64,000 nt of DNA from the NCBI GenBank assembly GCA_973895155.1, contig OZ316895.1, forward strand, positions 24,743,538-24,807,537, read 5' to 3'. Positions 61,219-64,000 of this stretch are shown piece after piece. The notes beneath the pieces are model-generated. The model was given only the letters and a program-made list of their open reading frames with translations. It had not been told where the DNA came from and did not search any database. Source of the stretch: Marsupella aquatica. Lineage: Eukaryota; Plantae; Marchantiophyta. A program made the translations under genes and the position numbers. Every line of letters starts with the position of its first letter. The stretch's first letter is position 1.

Positions 61219-64000
61219 GAGTGACAGATCAGGGTTCAAAAACTGCCCCCTTCTCACGGTTCCTCGGACTCGACACCAAGATCTCTACATGAATCCCAAG
61301 GACATTGCCGGTGCCTATCCTAATCCTGAGCTGTGGCCAGCTAACTATGCTTGTAGCGTTCGAAATCTGCTAAGAACTATTCGACGTAGCTCATTGCTTA
61401 ATGTTGCTTTAGTTGCTTTTCGGGGAGCTAGTACCCGAGCTGTGTGTAGCTGCATGCTGACGAATCCAGTGATCCCTGTTAGGTCCGCGTTACCACTTTC
61501 CACGGCCTCTCGCGATGTCGTTTGGTCAGAGAATTCCTTGTAAAGCCCTTCTCGACGTTCTTCTGCGTTTTCAAACCTAAATTTCTGGCCCACAATACTT
61601 TTCAACTCTTACTGCCCGAGGAAGATGGACATTATCCCGGGATAGTTTTTCGTCTCTCCATTCTGCTTCTAGTCGTGCTCAATTCTTGGATGACATCTCC
61701 TGCTGCCTGCAATTATCTGCATTTGCCTTGTTTTTCTGGACATGTAAAGCTTTAAAGGATATCTCTGTCGGGAGCTTCTATTATTGCCTATCACAATGTA
61801 GATCAATATTGTGCCCGTTTCCATCAACTTGTTGTTCTGAATGTATCGTCGAGCCTTCTGCCCAATTTGCGACTTACAGTGTCTGCATATCACTCGTACA
61901 CAAGTTCTGCCTTGAAGAAAGTTCTTCCATTTTTCGTGTGTTACGCAAGACAATTGGTTCGAAAGGGGTTCTTTCTTTGGAGGGTGATAAACAAGAGCAC
62001 TTGCGCCAAAGTTTTTGGGAGGGCAATGTGCAGGTATGGCGGTGGTTGCTTTGGGTTTTGAGAGGAAACACTTGACAAAACTTCTTCCTCTCAAAACTTG
62101 TAACTTTTCTCAAGATTGGATGGCAAAGCTAGGATTAATTCTGAAAAGATTACAGCAATTTTGAATTCTTAATGCAGGAGGAAGTGATCCTACGGGTACC
62201 TCCAGCTGTTATGTTGAGCTGAGATTCCTCTACCCAGGTAAGGTGTTCCCAACACAGCCTTCGCCTAGTGAATTTTCTTTCCTTAGTCGAAGGGGAAGGG
62301 ATGATGAGAAGTGAAATTTGAGGGCTCCGCAAGATTGCACTACTTAGACTGATTTGAACGTTTGTCAATCATGTAAGACAATATTTCACACCCTGTACTA
62401 TTAAGCTCTCTGTTCCCAGCATAGGAACAGAGCTGATTTTGGATATGGACCGTTTTAAGCAACACTCCACAGCCAGGTATGATGAACTTTCTATGAATGT
62501 CATTTTGTTGGATTATGATTTGACCAGATGACCTTGAACACATTCTTAATACAAACGTTTGATTTGCAGAGTTCATCCTTCATCGTCCGGTTTGACTGGT
62601 ATTGGCACCAGCCGTTGTCCTTGTACAAGGCCTTCAGGTTATAAGACGTCTTGATTACCTACTTTTAAAGAACAACAAATGTTCCAGCACCACTCTGTGA
62701 CATTTATACTTTAGGGAGTTGCTGCTACGAGACTTGTGTAATGAAGACTTGTTTTTAAGTTTGATTCCTTTTTCATCTCAATGAAGGACAGGGAGGGGTG
62801 GCTGTCATATGTGTCTGGATTTTATATATAGCCAATATGAAGTACGCTGGATAGGCTTTATTTCTGAATTGTTGTCTCTGTACAAAAACGTGAGGTATTT
62901 CAGGCAGGTTATATTGAGACAGTTAATAAAACATACTAATGAACGCCTGTAAGAGTTTAGGGTTTAGGGTTTAGGGTATAAGTCGTAAGAGTGCCGTAAG
63001 AGTCTATCCTATAAATAAACCAAGGATAATATGTGACTGATTGATGAAGTTTGTTAGTGCCAATTCAAGAGGCTCTTGACTCTCCTCCTATGCATACCTT
63101 GAAATACAGGAGTATGAACGAGCTCATTGATACTTTGGGCTACCTGGACATGCATTTCACAGTTATTTCAGTATTCTATGCTAAGGTCATTTCATTCTTT
63201 ACAGATAGCCGTTGCTCTCAATTGCGAAGGAGTCAGGTAACATTTGCAAGTTATCTGTACCAAAGATCACAGCAGAGCAAGGGAGACAAGAAAATGCATG
63301 GTTGGACTGAGGTAGGCATGCGTCCTAGCCCTAGGACTCGAGAGACTTACCGGTCTGCTATCTATTTCTGAACAACTCATTGTAGAAATATCGTTATGAA
63401 TATAGTCCTTAAGAAATAAAAGTAAAATTCATCGTACCTCGTGGAATATCCTTGTATCAGTGAGGCTTTCCAGATCTGATTGTGGGTTGTGGTGCCGACA
63501 GAAGAAGCTCAAAGCACTTGAGTTCAATCATAAGATGACAAGGAAAGCACTTTGGGTGGGTGAATGGTCAACTCCAGCTTGGGTTAAGTCACGGGAAAGT
63601 CTCATCACTCAATGCAGAGCACAATCTCGTGTTAGTTATGGCAGTAGGCGCATAAAGGATGCTGGTACCACGAGTGAAACAATTGCTGTTTTGAAGGATC
63701 GTCTACAACGAGGCATTACTATAGATTCGCACACGTATGTTAAAGTTCTGCAAATGTGCTTGCAACAGAAAGACCTTTCAGCGGCCAAGCAGGTCCATGA
63801 TTGCATCACCGAGAGTGGAATTGATAAGAATCCATATGTGGCAATCACGCTCTTAAATGTGTACATCAAATGCGGAGGATTGTTGGATGCACGTCGAGTT
63901 TTTGATCAACTTGAGAAGAAGAGTGCTATTACTTGGACCAACATGATTGCAGGATATGCTAAGAGTGATCATTGTGAATCTGCTCTAGAGCTCTTCAATC
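61219..64000 (+). repeat. Segmental duplication unit 2 (partner of 49773-52760)
   Basis: Colinear similarity from GAGTGACAGATC (61219 vs 49773) to the window end. Confidence 0.92.
63535..64000 (+). CDS. Second tandem paralogue of the PLS PPR gene (5' part, truncated by window end)
   Basis: Open frame MTRKALWVGEWS..DAGTTSETIAVLKDRLQRGITIDSHTYVKVLQMCLQQKDLSAAKQVHDC..AITWTNMIAGYAKSDH, highly similar to 52254 onward; no stop before 64000. The DYW end is not visible. Confidence 0.9.
   Translation, partial: MTRKALWVGEWSTPAWVKSRESLITQCRAQSRVSYGSRRIKDAGTTSETIAVLKDRLQRGITIDSHTYVKVLQMCLQQKDLSAAKQVHDCITESGIDKNPYVAITLLNVYIKCGGLLDARRVFDQLEKKSAITWTNMIAGYAKSDHCESALELFN

Noticed and set aside
61345-61605. 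86-aa minus-strand ORF in duplication unit 2
   Set aside because: The matching region of unit 1 (~49900-50150) has stops and indels, so the frame is not conserved.

Overview
Eukaryotic land-plant nuclear DNA, probably a bryophyte (moss-like DYW-PPR, TTTAGGG repeats, GT-AG introns; the taxon is an inference). The first ~17 kb is nested, decayed transposon sequence: a CACTA element with intact TIRs and TSD inside a retroelement ORF, LTR-like pieces, a hairpin MITE and two L1-type LINE fragments. Four intron-containing housekeeping genes follow: SEC23 (+, 12 exons), COG6 (-, 11 exons), QCR8 (+, 2 exons, missed by the ORF track) and ornithine carbamoyltransferase (+, 5 exons). The last 14 kb holds a tandemly duplicated PLS-E1-E2-DYW PPR RNA-editing factor. 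Copy 1 is complete with 29 PPR motifs. Its core is seven near-identical 303-bp P-L-S units that differ in a patchwork way, including at the RNA-specifying residues. Copy 2 starts ~11.3 kb downstream and runs off the window. This repeat-built, duplicated editing factor is the most interesting element. All coordinates and splice sites were read by eye.
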